Source: Dehalococcoidia bacterium | GTDB taxonomy: Bacteria > Chloroflexota > Dehalococcoidia > Lucifugimonadales > UBA3495 | Assembly: GCA_034423195.1 (NCBI GenBank) | Contig: DAOUIZ010000034.1 | Coordinates: forward strand, 2,023 to 66,022 | Direction: 5' to 3' | Length of the DNA stretch: 64,000 nt | Part shown: piece by piece, positions 1 to 8,567 of the stretch | How positions within the stretch are numbered: position 1 is the first letter of the stretch | Layout of the letters: every line of letters starts with the position of its first letter | The notes under the pieces: model-generated | What the model was told of the DNA's origin: nothing | Database searches by the model: none | Seen by the model: only the letters and a program-made list of their open reading frames with translations | Position numbers and translations under genes: made by a program

Positions 1-2
1 GC

Positions 3-494
3 ATGATGGAAATGCGCAGCAAGGCCCGCCGTCTCTCCCTGGAGCACGGGTTGGACCTGCTGGTTGTCGACTACCTTCAATTGGTGCAGGGCAGCAACCG
101 GGGCCGGGTCACAGAAAACCGGGTCATGGAAATCAGCGAAATCTCCCGGAATATCAAGGGAATGGCCCGGGACCTGAACGTGCCGATAATCACCTGCTCC
201 CAGCTCAGCCGGGTGGTGGAGAACCGGCCCGGCCACCGCCCCCAGCTCTCCGACCTCCGCGACAGCGGCAGCATCGAGCAGGATGCGGACATAGTTCTGT
301 TCATCTACCGGGAGGACGCCTACTACACCGAGGAGGAATGGGACCAGCATTTCCCAGGCCGGGCCTACCCCCGCAACATTGCCGAGATCATCCTGGCCAA
401 GCACCGCCACGGCCCCACCGGCAGCGTCCGCCTCCGGTTCCGGGACAACCTGGTCCGGTTCGAGTCCCTGGTAGCCCGACAGGGTGAGTTCTGA
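3..494 (+). CDS. dnaB: Replicative DNA helicase DnaB, C-terminal RecA-like domain (N-terminus lies left of the window)
   Basis: ORF is open to the window edge. Motifs [54 protein letters not shown] and [11 protein letters not shown] are typical of the DnaB-family C-terminal ATPase. Confidence 0.9.
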   Translation: MMEMRSKARRLSLEHGLDLLVVDYLQLVQGSNRGRVTENRVMEISEISRNIKGMARDLNVPIITCSQLSRVVENRPGHRPQLSDLRDSGSIEQDADIVLFIYREDAYYTEEEWDQHFPGRAYPRNIAEIILAKHRHGPTGSVRLRFRDNLVRFESLVARQGEF

Positions 495-1258
495 TGACTT
501 CCCGGGAAGACGGCGCCCCGCTGGTGATGCCCGATGGGGAATTTCAGGGGTTCCCCCGGGGCGTCCGCGCCACGCCGATTCCCGACCCGTTCCTGGGCGT
601 GTTGCTGGAGGGAATTGACGACCTGGCCGAGCTGAAAGTGACCCTGCGGGCCTTCTGGCTGGCCGCGCAGAGGAAGGGACCCCTCCCAGCTGTCCCCCTG
701 GACGAATTCCTCAACGACCGGGTCCTGGTGGAGGGTCTGAGGGGCCAGGAGCGGCCGGCTGGCGATGCCATCCGCCGGGGACTGGATGCGGCCGTCAGCC
801 GACGAACGCTGCTGCGGTTCAGGGACGGCAAGGGCGCCATCCATTACGCCGTCAACACTGAACCCAACCGGCAGGCCGTCGGAGCCGGGCAACCGGTACC
901 GGCCCAACAGGAGCCCGTTGGAAGCGGCCTGCCCTACGAACCGACCAACCGAGCCAGACCGAACATATACGCCCTTTACGAAAACAACATCGGCACCATG
1001 ACGCCCATGGTTGCCGAGCAATTAAAGGAAGCCGAAGGCGAGTATTCCCAGGCGTGGATCCGGGAAGCCTTCGAAATCGCTGCATCCCGCAACAAGCGCA
1101 GCTGGGGATACATCGCGGCCATCCTGCGAAGCTGGGCCGAAGAGGGGAGGGAAGATGGAAAGTCTAGGCGATATTCTCCGGAGAATAACCGAGAGAGATA
1201 CATCGAGGCACTACGTCGACGGCGCGGTGACCTTCCCGGAGGCACCGGACCGGGCTGA
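494..1258 (+). CDS. DnaD-domain replication/primosome protein (DnaD or replisome-organizer-like)
   Basis: ATG overlaps the dnaB stop (TGATG at 492-496). The C-terminal segment AWIREAFEIAASRNKRSWGYIAAILRSWAEEG resembles the DnaD C-terminal domain signature. The gene sits between a DnaB helicase and a DnaC/DnaI-type loader. Confidence 0.6.
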   Translation: MTSREDGAPLVMPDGEFQGFPRGVRATPIPDPFLGVLLEGIDDLAELKVTLRAFWLAAQRKGPLPAVPLDEFLNDRVLVEGLRGQERPAGDAIRRGLDAAVSRRTLLRFRDGKGAIHYAVNTEPNRQAVGAGQPVPAQQEPVGSGLPYEPTNRARPNIYALYENNIGTMTPMVAEQLKEAEGEYSQAWIREAFEIAASRNKRSWGYIAAILRSWAEEGREDGKSRRYSPENNRERYIEALRRRRGDLPGGTGPG

Positions 1259-2549
1259 CGTTTGCCCCGACTGCAACGGGGCCGGCTGGGTTGGGCGGGC
1301 CGTTCCCGTAGGCCACCCGGACTTTGGACAGGCCTTCCCGTGCCGCTGCCAGGCGGAAAGCGAACCAGCCGCCCGGCTCGCCGCGCTCCGCCGCTACAGC
1401 AACCTGGGACCCCTGGGCCGGATCACTTTCGCCGGCACCCGGATCGAAGGCCCCCTGCCCGATGCCGGCAGCCAGGACCAGTTCCAGCAGGCCATGGCCG
1501 CGGCCGTGGCGTTCGCCGAAGACCCCCACGGATGGCTGGTGTTCACCGGCCCCAGCGGGTCCGGGAAAACCCACTTGGCCGTTGCCGTCACCAACCGCTG
1601 TATCGAACTGGGGTTCACCGCTTTCTTCATAGTGGCCGCCGACCTTCTCGACCACCTGCGGGCTACCTACGCGCCGGATAACCCGGTCACTTACGACGAA
1701 TTGTTCGACCAGGTGCGGAATGTCCCGCTGCTGGTCGTGGACGACCTGAACACCGCGACCGCCACGCCCTGGGCCCAGGAAAAGCTGTTCCAGATAGTGA
1801 ACCACCGCTTCAATGCCCAACTGCCCACCGTCATCACCGTCCGGGGCCCGCTGGAACGACTGGATGAAAGCCTCCGTACCCGCATCGAGTCCTCGGACGG
1901 CTTCTCCCGCGTCATGCAGTTGGGCCAGTACAATACCCGCCTCGCCCGCCGGATCGGAGACCTCCCGGCGGATATGCTCCGCAGGATGACCTTCGCCGGC
2001 TTCGATCAGAGGGGCGCGGCGGGAGCAACGTCCGAACAGCAGGGGTTTCTCGCCGATGCCTACCGGAAGGCGGTCGTATTCGCCTCGTATCCCAACGGCT
2101 GGATCCTGTTCAGCGGTCCTCCCGGCACGGGCAAGACCCACCTGTCCGTCGCCATGGCCGGGGAACTGATCCAGAAGGGAGAGGCGGTATTCTTCGCCTT
2201 CGTTCCCGACCTTCTGGACCACCTGAGAACGAGTTTCAGTCCCAACAGCCCCGTCACCTACGACGAACTGTTCGAGCAGATCAAGACGGTGCCGGTCCTG
2301 ATCCTGGACGACTTGGGCGCCGAGAGCAGCACGTCGTGGGCCGAGGAGAAGCTGTACCAGATCGTCGTTTACCGTTACGAAAAGACCCTCCCCACCATCA
2401 TCACGACGACGTATGGGGTGGAAGAACTGGACAAGTCCAAGCCCAGGCTTGCTTCAAGGATCATGGACTCCATGGTTGTCGATGTAATCGGCGTAGACGC
2501 CCCCGACTACCGGGGCCATCGCCGCGTTGATCCGCCTGTGGGCCGGTAG
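1155..2549 (+). CDS. DnaC/DnaI-type AAA+ helicase loader with N-terminal zinc ribbon and two tandem loader ATPase modules
   Basis: GGAGG lies about 5 nt upstream of ATG 1155. CPDC...CRC cysteine motif at the N-terminus. Two Walker A motifs (GPSGSGKTH near nt 1548, GPPGTGKTH near nt 2115) and two Walker B motifs (LLVVDDL, VLILDDLG). The two halves align over about 189 aa. Confidence 0.8.
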   Translation: MESLGDILRRITERDTSRHYVDGAVTFPEAPDRADVCPDCNGAGWVGRAVPVGHPDFGQAFPCRCQAESEPAARLAALRRYSNLGPLGRITFAGTRIEGPLPDAGSQDQFQQAMAAAVAFAEDPHGWLVFTGPSGSGKTHLAVAVTNRCIELGFTAFFIVAADLLDHLRATYAPDNPVTYDELFDQVRNVPLLVVDDLNTATATPWAQEKLFQIVNHRFNAQLPTVITVRGPLERLDESLRTRIESSDGFSRVMQLGQYNTRLARRIGDLPADMLRRMTFAGFDQRGAAGATSEQQGFLADAYRKAVVFASYPNGWILFSGPPGTGKTHLSVAMAGELIQKGEAVFFAFVPDLLDHLRTSFSPNSPVTYDELFEQIKTVPVLILDDLGAESSTSWAEEKLYQIVVYRYEKTLPTIITTTYGVEELDKSKPRLASRIMDSMVVDVIGVDAPDYRGHRRVDPPVGR

Positions 2550-2655
2550 ACGTTTTCGGGAAAAGTCTGGGACGACGGGACCGCCCGGGGGGATAGCTCC
2601 GGGCGGTCCTGGAAATGGCCTGTCTCGTGGCCGGGAGGGTGGAAGTGGATGGAGC

Positions 2656-3693
2656 CTACAGGGGCAGCCCCACCGCCTGGCCGGACTGGGCGCTCCGGGT
2701 TACGGCTTCGGTGAACTCCATGTAGTGGACGCCGACGCTGAAGGGAGTGCGGGTTATCGGTTCGTGGCCCCGGATGGCGCTGGCGAACTCCTCTTCCACC
2801 CTCCAGTGGTGACGCCCGTCCTCGGGGTTGGGAATCTCGGAAAGCTGGGAGTCACCCCGCCTGCCCCCGTGGACGTTCTGCTGCTGGTCGACGTAGAGAG
2901 TCCCTTCACTGCCGTAAATCCAGAACTGGGTTCCGGGGGCCAGGCCGGTGACTGCGCTGACCCGAATGTGGGCCTGCCCGCCGGTGACCAGTTGGCACAG
3001 GACATCCACGTGGTCGGGGATGGTGATGTCCTGCCAGTTGCCGTCGTCGTCGAGCCGCCGGGGCACGTTGACCTGGGTCATGGCCATAACCCTGGTGGCC
3101 GGTCCGACCCACCGGATCAAGGCCTCGTAGATGATGCCCATGTTCATGATGTTGAAGCCGCTGAGAGCCCGGTCCTGCCGCCAGTGCATGGGGCTGTCCG
3201 TGTCGACGAAGCCGGTCCCCAGAGCCTGCACTTCCACGGCCAGAATGTCACCGACATAGCCCTCCCCGATGAGCTTCATCAGCAGCCCGTCCACCTTGAA
3301 GGTGGTGGGAGACGGGACTATCTGGGCAATCTGCCCGGGATGGGCCAGGGAGGCTTCCAGCATGGCGCGGGCGTCCGCGACGCTGGAGGCCATGCGGGCT
3401 TCGCAAAGGACGTGCTTGCCCTTTTCCAGGGCCGCCACCGTGAGAGTTCGGTGCATGTAGGGCCAGGTGCCGATGCACACGGCGTTGATGTCCGGGTCTT
3501 CCAGCAGTTCCCGCCAGTTGTCATAAACCCGGGGAATGTTGAAGGCGTCGGCCACCACCTGTCCCGACTGGCGGGACCGGTTGGCGACGGCGAGCACTTC
3601 CAGCCCGTCAATCTTCTGGAACCCGGGCAGGTGCCGGTCTCTCGTGTTGCGGCCCGCACCAATAAGCCCTACTCTGACAGCGTCGTCAGCCAT
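2656..3693 (-). CDS. Gfo/Idh/MocA family NAD(P)-dependent oxidoreductase
   Basis: N-terminal Rossmann motif VRVGLIGAGRNTRDRHLPGF. Typical HVLCEARMA segment. Start placed at ATG 3693, preceded by GAGGAGG; the ORF track starts 33 nt further upstream. Confidence 0.85.
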   Translation of the reverse strand: MADDAVRVGLIGAGRNTRDRHLPGFQKIDGLEVLAVANRSRQSGQVVADAFNIPRVYDNWRELLEDPDINAVCIGTWPYMHRTLTVAALEKGKHVLCEARMASSVADARAMLEASLAHPGQIAQIVPSPTTFKVDGLLMKLIGEGYVGDILAVEVQALGTGFVDTDSPMHWRQDRALSGFNIMNMGIIYEALIRWVGPATRVMAMTQVNVPRRLDDDGNWQDITIPDHVDVLCQLVTGGQAHIRVSAVTGLAPGTQFWIYGSEGTLYVDQQQNVHGGRRGDSQLSEIPNPEDGRHHWRVEEEFASAIRGHEPITRTPFSVGVHYMEFTEAVTRSAQSGQAVGLPL

Positions 3694-3911
3694 GCTTGTC
3701 CTCCTCGCGCCTGATCGGTTTGTCACGGAAATAATGGGTGCCGGGTCGGGCCCGGCACCGCGCGGCCCCGATTATATGCCACCCATTTTCCCCAGTCCAG
3801 AAAGGGTTGTCTCAGCAGGTCCCCGCAACAGCGTGATGCCATGTCCGCACCAGCGCCGCCTCCAAGAATCCAGCAGGGGCCGGACTCCCGTAGGAAGGTT
3901 TTGTTCAAGCA

Positions 3912-4430
3912 ATGCGTTATAGCCCCGGGGCGAGTCGGGTTGCCGGAATGAATCCATCATGCTGGGCCGGTTTCCTGCGGAACCTCGCTCTTTCGCAGCG
4001 TTACAAGGTGGACGGTCACAGCATGTTTCCGGCGCTCCGCCACGGGCAGCATGTGGCGGCCAGGCGGTTGTCCCAGGATTCTCAGCAGGTCAGCCGCGGA
4101 AGCCTGGTGGTGTTCAGGCACCCGGTCCGCCGGGACGCTGTCCACATCAAGAGGGTCGTGGGCCTGCCCGCTGAGAGCATTTCCCTGCGGGACGGCTTGA
4201 CCTTCGTAAACGGGTTGAGGTTGGATGAACCCTACTGTCCAGTTTCCGGTATGCTCACGGGGAGAACTCGGGGAGAGTGGCTGATGGATGACGACGAGTA
4301 TTTCTTGATGGGGGACAACCGCTCGGACAGCGAGGACAGCCGTCGGTATGGGCCGGTCGGTCGTCATCTAATCGCAGGCGTCGTGTGGCTGCGTTACTGG
4401 CCACCCTCGAAATGGGCCAGGTTCCAATGA
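3912..4430 (+). CDS. lepB: S26 family signal peptidase I (short form, no obvious N-terminal membrane anchor)
   Basis: Catalytic Ser box GHSMFPAL, Lys box HIKRVVGLPAE and box E GDNRSDSEDSRRYGPV. The start is uncertain (ATG 3912 or ATG 3948). Confidence 0.8.
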   Translation: MRYSPGASRVAGMNPSCWAGFLRNLALSQRYKVDGHSMFPALRHGQHVAARRLSQDSQQVSRGSLVVFRHPVRRDAVHIKRVVGLPAESISLRDGLTFVNGLRLDEPYCPVSGMLTGRTRGEWLMDDDEYFLMGDNRSDSEDSRRYGPVGRHLIAGVVWLRYWPPSKWARFQ

Positions 4431-4637
4431 GCCTGCCAAACTCCCGGTGGCTCTTCGGACCGGCCTGGTTCCGCGTATCGGGAGGGCGGCATTAACGGGC
4501 AGGTATCGGGCATCCTGGCGACCTGGAAGGCCCGTTGGCAGGAACGGACGCGGGGTTGGCTGGCCCAGTCCAATCCGACCGACCGGCGTTGGCGCCTGCT
4601 GGCGTACTCGGTCCTGCGGGGACTTTTCACCAACGAC

Positions 4638-5435
4638 ATGCCTCATTACGCGGCGGGGCTGGCCTACTACGCCATTTTCTGCATGTTCCCGCTGGTGCTC
4701 GGGTTTCTGGCGATTCTCGGGTTGAGCCTGCAGTTTCAAGACCTGCAGCCCAGGTTCCTTGAGTTCGTATCCCGGAGCATCCCGGGGTCGGCGGACTTCA
4801 TCGAGGACAACATCCCCCAGATTGTCAGGTTCCGCAATGCGGTGGGAATCGGGGCGATAATCGGAATGTTCTGGCTGGGGCGGGCCGTTTTCGCTGCCGC
4901 CGCCAGGGCCATCAACCGGGCATGGGGAATAACCAAAGACCCGCCCTTCTACTGGCAGTTTCCCCAACAGATTGGGATGACCATGACGCTGGGAAGCCTG
5001 CAGATCCTTTCCATGATGGCCACCTCCCTCATCCAGTTGGCCAATAATGAGGCCATCAGCGTTTTCGGGCGGAGACCTCTGCTGGAGACTGGCGTGGGTT
5101 ATGTGTCCCTGTACCTGATTCCGTTCCTGTTGACGGCAATCACGTTTGCCCTTCTCTACCGGTTCGTGCCCAACCGCCCGATGCGGTGGACCTACGTTTG
5201 GCCCGGGGTGCTTGCCGCCACGTTGCTTTTTGAATTTGCCAAATTCCTCTTCGTGGTCTACCTGGACAAGATCGCCGACTACACCCTGCTTTACGGTTCA
5301 ATGGCATCGGTGATTGTGTTCATGTTCTGGGCTTATATGTCTTCCTTCATCCTGTTGGGAGGAGCCCTGGCCTGCAGCCACTATCAGCGAATCTTCTATC
5401 CCGACCACCACGTTCTTGAACACGACATCGCGTAG
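4638..5435 (+). CDS. YihY/BrkB family inner-membrane protein
   Basis: AAGLAYYAIFCMFPLVL signature followed by multiple hydrophobic helices. The family-like N-terminal segment (RRWRLLAYSVLRGLFTND) is encoded in frame upstream of the first canonical start, so the true start is unresolved. Confidence 0.8.
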   Translation: MPHYAAGLAYYAIFCMFPLVLGFLAILGLSLQFQDLQPRFLEFVSRSIPGSADFIEDNIPQIVRFRNAVGIGAIIGMFWLGRAVFAAAARAINRAWGITKDPPFYWQFPQQIGMTMTLGSLQILSMMATSLIQLANNEAISVFGRRPLLETGVGYVSLYLIPFLLTAITFALLYRFVPNRPMRWTYVWPGVLAATLLFEFAKFLFVVYLDKIADYTLLYGSMASVIVFMFWAYMSSFILLGGALACSHYQRIFYPDHHVLEHDIA

Positions 5436-5485
5436 CGGATTGACTGGTCCCGTCTTCCGGCCTGTGGGGAAAACCTGTGGGGAAA

Positions 5486-5518
5486 AGAAGAGGGCGGGTG
5501 ATTCTCCCGCCCTCTTCT
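5486..5518. terminator. Bidirectional intrinsic terminator hairpin between convergent genes
   Basis: Perfect 13-bp stem AGAAGAGGGCGGG / CCCGCCCTCTTCT with a 7-nt loop. It is flanked by an A-run on the left and GATTT on the right, and lies between the yihY-like stop and the DUF4242 stop. Confidence 0.7.
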
Positions 5519-5552
5519 GATTTCCGAGGCGATCAGGTTCCGGGAGCCGGCG

Positions 5553-5822
5553 TCAGAGCTTCCAGAAGTTACCGACCTGGCAGATCATGTCGACCTTGTT
5601 GATGGACTCCGCGGGCCAGCCGACCATGTTGATCCAATCTTCGAAGTGGGACTGCTCCACCGCCTCGCACTCGCTGATGAGCCTGCCGTTTTCTAGATCC
5701 CCGTAGACCTTGACCACCGTTGTCCGGCGGTCGGGCCGCCATTTGCGCACGGCGTCCAGCTTGCTCCGGAAATCCTCCTCGGTGATGCCTGGCACGTTGT
5801 GGATTGCGATAAATCGGGCCAT
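5553..5822 (-). CDS. DUF4242 (SCO4226-like) small protein
   Basis: 89 aa. The N-terminus MARFIAIHNVPGITEEDF and overall size match my recollection of the DUF4242 family. Confidence 0.55.
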   Translation of the reverse strand: MARFIAIHNVPGITEEDFRSKLDAVRKWRPDRRTTVVKVYGDLENGRLISECEAVEQSHFEDWINMVGWPAESINKVDMICQVGNFWKL

Positions 5823-5889
5823 AGGTTTTTCCTCACAGCGGCGGGTTCACTCCGCGAAAGCGGATGGTTGGCGGCGGGTTGGTGTCCGG

Positions 5890-6450
5890 TCAGTCGGCGG
5901 GGGGGACGAAGGGGTACGGTATGGGCGGCCCGTCCTTCAAGGGAAGGACAACCGTGGCAGTGCCGGGCATACTCTCGATGCCGTCCTGGGTCTTCATACC
6001 GATTTCCAGGTCGATGAGGCCCATGCCGTCCTTTTCCCGCTTGCCGGTGACCAGTCCCCACATGATGAGGATGTCCCCCGGCACCAGCATTGCCCGGTGT
6101 TCAAACCGGGCCTTCCATGGCCAGCCCCCAGGGGAGGTCCAATCCTTGAGGAACTGGGGCACCACGCTCTGTTTCCAGGAGCCGTGGACGAGGATGCTGG
6201 GGTTCTTGTCGTGGTTCAACCCGAAGTCCAAATCGTAGTGGATGCGGTGGAAGTTCTCTATGGCCGCGCTCCACCGGAAAAGGTGGGTGGGAGTGGGCTT
6301 GTAGATGTACTTGGGAAGCTCGTCTCCCTCGTCAATATCATCGAAGAAGACCTGTTGCTTATTCCTCATCTGGTCGGCGGTTGGGCGCTCGTTGCGCCGC
6401 CAGATTTCTTCCGGCTCCATCTGGAGCAGTTCTTCCAATGGCGTGGTCAT
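5890..6450 (-). CDS. MaoC-like (R)-specific enoyl-CoA hydratase, hot-dog fold
   Basis: FHRIHYDLDFG..NPSILVHG hydratase motif region. Adjacent to a MaoC N-terminal-type partner gene. Confidence 0.8.
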   Translation of the reverse strand: MTTPLEELLQMEPEEIWRRNERPTADQMRNKQQVFFDDIDEGDELPKYIYKPTPTHLFRWSAAIENFHRIHYDLDFGLNHDKNPSILVHGSWKQSVVPQFLKDWTSPGGWPWKARFEHRAMLVPGDILIMWGLVTGKREKDGMGLIDLEIGMKTQDGIESMPGTATVVLPLKDGPPIPYPFVPPAD

Positions 6451-6495
6451 GGCGTTACCTTCCTCAGCAACCTTGCGGTCAGGGAGCAGCGATGG

Positions 6496-7047
6496 CTAAC
6501 GGCGGATGGTGGAGGCGCGGGTGATGCACAGCACCTCGTCGTCCTGGTTCCAGTACCTGGTTTCCCTGGTGATAATCAGGAAAGGACGGCCGTCGCGGCC
6601 CACCCGCTCCCGGATGTCGGAGTAACTGTTCTGAAAGAAAACCTTGTCGCCGATGCTGGGGTACTGGAAGATTTCCAGTTCATTCCCCGCGTTGAGGACC
6701 CGCACCAAGCCGGTGGGCACCGGGGGAAGCTCCCCGGGGCGCTGGACGGAGCCGATCCCATCCGACTCGGGATTCTCCTCGAAGGCGCGGGTGATGGCAT
6801 CCTCCTGGTCAGGCGGGATCCGGCTGCTCAGGTAGCTGACCATGATGGGTGGGGTGGTGATTTCGCCGTAGCGGGAGTTCCTGGCGTATTCTTCGTCCCA
6901 GTACATAGGGTCCGGGTCCATGACTGCCTGGGTAAAGCGGCGGAGGTACTCGGCGTCCACCACTCCCCACGACTCTACGATCTCGCCGGCTACGCCGATC
7001 ATGGCCTTGACTTCGGGGGTAAGAGCGGACTCGGTTTGCTGGGTCAT
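6496..7047 (-). CDS. MaoC_dehydrat_N-type hot-dog protein (non-catalytic partner of a heteromeric hydratase)
   Basis: The length and sequence pattern (IGVAGEIVESWGVVDAEYLRRFTQAV..) are typical of the N-terminal hot-dog half. Separated from the catalytic half by 45 nt. Confidence 0.7.
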   Translation of the reverse strand: MTQQTESALTPEVKAMIGVAGEIVESWGVVDAEYLRRFTQAVMDPDPMYWDEEYARNSRYGEITTPPIMVSYLSSRIPPDQEDAITRAFEENPESDGIGSVQRPGELPPVPTGLVRVLNAGNELEIFQYPSIGDKVFFQNSYSDIRERVGRDGRPFLIITRETRYWNQDDEVLCITRASTIRR

Positions 7048-7137
7048 GCTTGGCTCCTCTCAGGGGAGTCTAGGTGGAGTCAGACTATCGCAGAGGCCAT
7101 TCCGAGTCAATACTGACCTCTGGACCAATGATTCCAA

Positions 7138-7159
7138 TTCCGACCACGTAGGTTCGGAA
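7138..7159 (-). terminator. Possible terminator hairpin just downstream of fic
   Basis: TTCCGACC-ACGTA-GGTTCGGAA imperfect hairpin 4 nt beyond the fic stop. The T-tract is weak. Confidence 0.3.
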
Positions 7160-7162
7160 CAA

Positions 7163-8392
7163 TTACCGTCGGCCTCTTAGCAATCTCGATAATTCCGGCA
7201 TTGCGGGGTGGTTGGCGGAAACTGCAGATGGCATCCTCTCGTACCGCTCGATTAGATCCGACTGCGACACTTCCTGCGGCCATTGAAGATTGACGCGAAG
7301 CGTCTCGTCATCCAGCAGAACAGCGTTCAGCCTGATTAACTCAACTACATCACGCAGCTGGGCCCGCGATTGATGCTTCAATCCCCTGTAGTGGTCTAAT
7401 GTTCGATCGAAGAAGGTTTCCGCGTCCATTGGGCCGCTGTCCAGCAGGGTTTCCAGCATTTGCAGCTGTCTGTCGGCCAGCACTCTGCGGCGAGGACTGC
7501 GCAGCTGCCCGAATAGGGAACGGGCAAATTCCCGGAACAGGATGCGCTGGTGGTTTTCCAGGATTTCCGACGCGACGGCGTTACAACGCTCGGTAATCCC
7601 CCGCAGCGCGAATTGCAGGAACGGGGTCAGGTCATGTCCCCGATGGCGGGACTCGTAAAGGGAACCCAGGTACTCGTCCTTGCGAGCGTAGTAGTAGTTG
7701 GACAGGCTCACCATAACCCGGTCGTTGACTCCAGCCTTGCGGAGCATGAAGGCTTCCAGGGCGCGGGCGGTGCGGCCGTTACCATCCCCAAAGGGGTGCA
7801 TGGCTCCAATGTGGTAGTGGGCGGCCATGGCTTGGACAATTTCATCGTGGTCCCTGAACTCGCCGGATATAGCCGTGCATAGGCGTGCGAAAACCTCTTC
7901 GGACTCGCTTCCGCCTTCTACTCCCCGGCATTGAGGCAATCCGAAGGTGACGTTGTGCCCGTCCCTGCGGGTCGCCCCGGGCTCACAGTGGTCGTCTTCA
8001 CAGCCGGTCACGATCCGCCGGTGGATGTCCAGAATCAACCCAGCGTTCACGGAGAGGTCAGAAGGCAGGGAAGCTATCCATTGGTAAGTCGCTTCGGCGG
8101 CCCTCAGCTGCCGCTGGGAGTAAGTCAAGTCGGAGCGGTTAGCGGCGGCTGGGGACAATGCCTCGGCTTCTTCCTGGGGCGTGAATTCAGCCCCTTCTAT
8201 CCTGGAAGTTCCCGCGGCCTCCAATCGCAGTTGTTCTTGATGCACTGCCTCGATCCATTGGGGGAGGTGGGGAAGTTGCCGCAAAACCGCCGCCGCGGTT
8301 TTGGCTTCGACCAATCGGTCGAAAATTGCCGTCTTGTCGTAGCGGACCCAGCTCTGAGGAAGGGAGTACCGGTGGACATTGGCGGTCGCCAT
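7163..8392 (-). CDS. Fic family protein (AMPylase-type), class II with N-terminal inhibitory helix motif
   Basis: Canonical Fic motif HPFGDGNGRTARAL. A [ST]xxxE[GN] motif (TSRIEG) lies N-terminal to the core. About 120 aa of C-terminal extension. Confidence 0.9.
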   Translation of the reverse strand: MATANVHRYSLPQSWVRYDKTAIFDRLVEAKTAAAVLRQLPHLPQWIEAVHQEQLRLEAAGTSRIEGAEFTPQEEAEALSPAAANRSDLTYSQRQLRAAEATYQWIASLPSDLSVNAGLILDIHRRIVTGCEDDHCEPGATRRDGHNVTFGLPQCRGVEGGSESEEVFARLCTAISGEFRDHDEIVQAMAAHYHIGAMHPFGDGNGRTARALEAFMLRKAGVNDRVMVSLSNYYYARKDEYLGSLYESRHRGHDLTPFLQFALRGITERCNAVASEILENHQRILFREFARSLFGQLRSPRRRVLADRQLQMLETLLDSGPMDAETFFDRTLDHYRGLKHQSRAQLRDVVELIRLNAVLLDDETLRVNLQWPQEVSQSDLIERYERMPSAVSANHPAMPELSRLLRGRR

Positions 8393-8483
8393 TTCCGCCT
8401 CATTTCGGGTTCATTTCCAGATTTCGTGCTCAAATAATACCAAAACTCGGGTTTCATTTCCCGTTCATTTACGCACCCATTTC
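8391..8483. repeat. Phased (C)ATTT(C) tracts immediately upstream of fic
   Basis: Copies start near 8391, 8401, 8412, 8421, 8455, 8466 and 8478, giving two triplets with 10-12 bp spacing. They lie in an AT-richer spacer. Confidence 0.6.
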
Positions 8484-8567
8484 ATGCGTAACATGGTTTC
8501 GGGGTCAAATCGGAAGAGGCAGAATTAGGGCGTATGTGCCGGCTTGGATATGGCCTGAACTCCTGTC

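Noticed and set aside
5710-7116. 468-aa plus-strand ORF opposite the MaoC hot-dog gene pair
   Set aside because: No motifs and a biased composition. It spans two independently recognisable minus-strand genes and their spacer.
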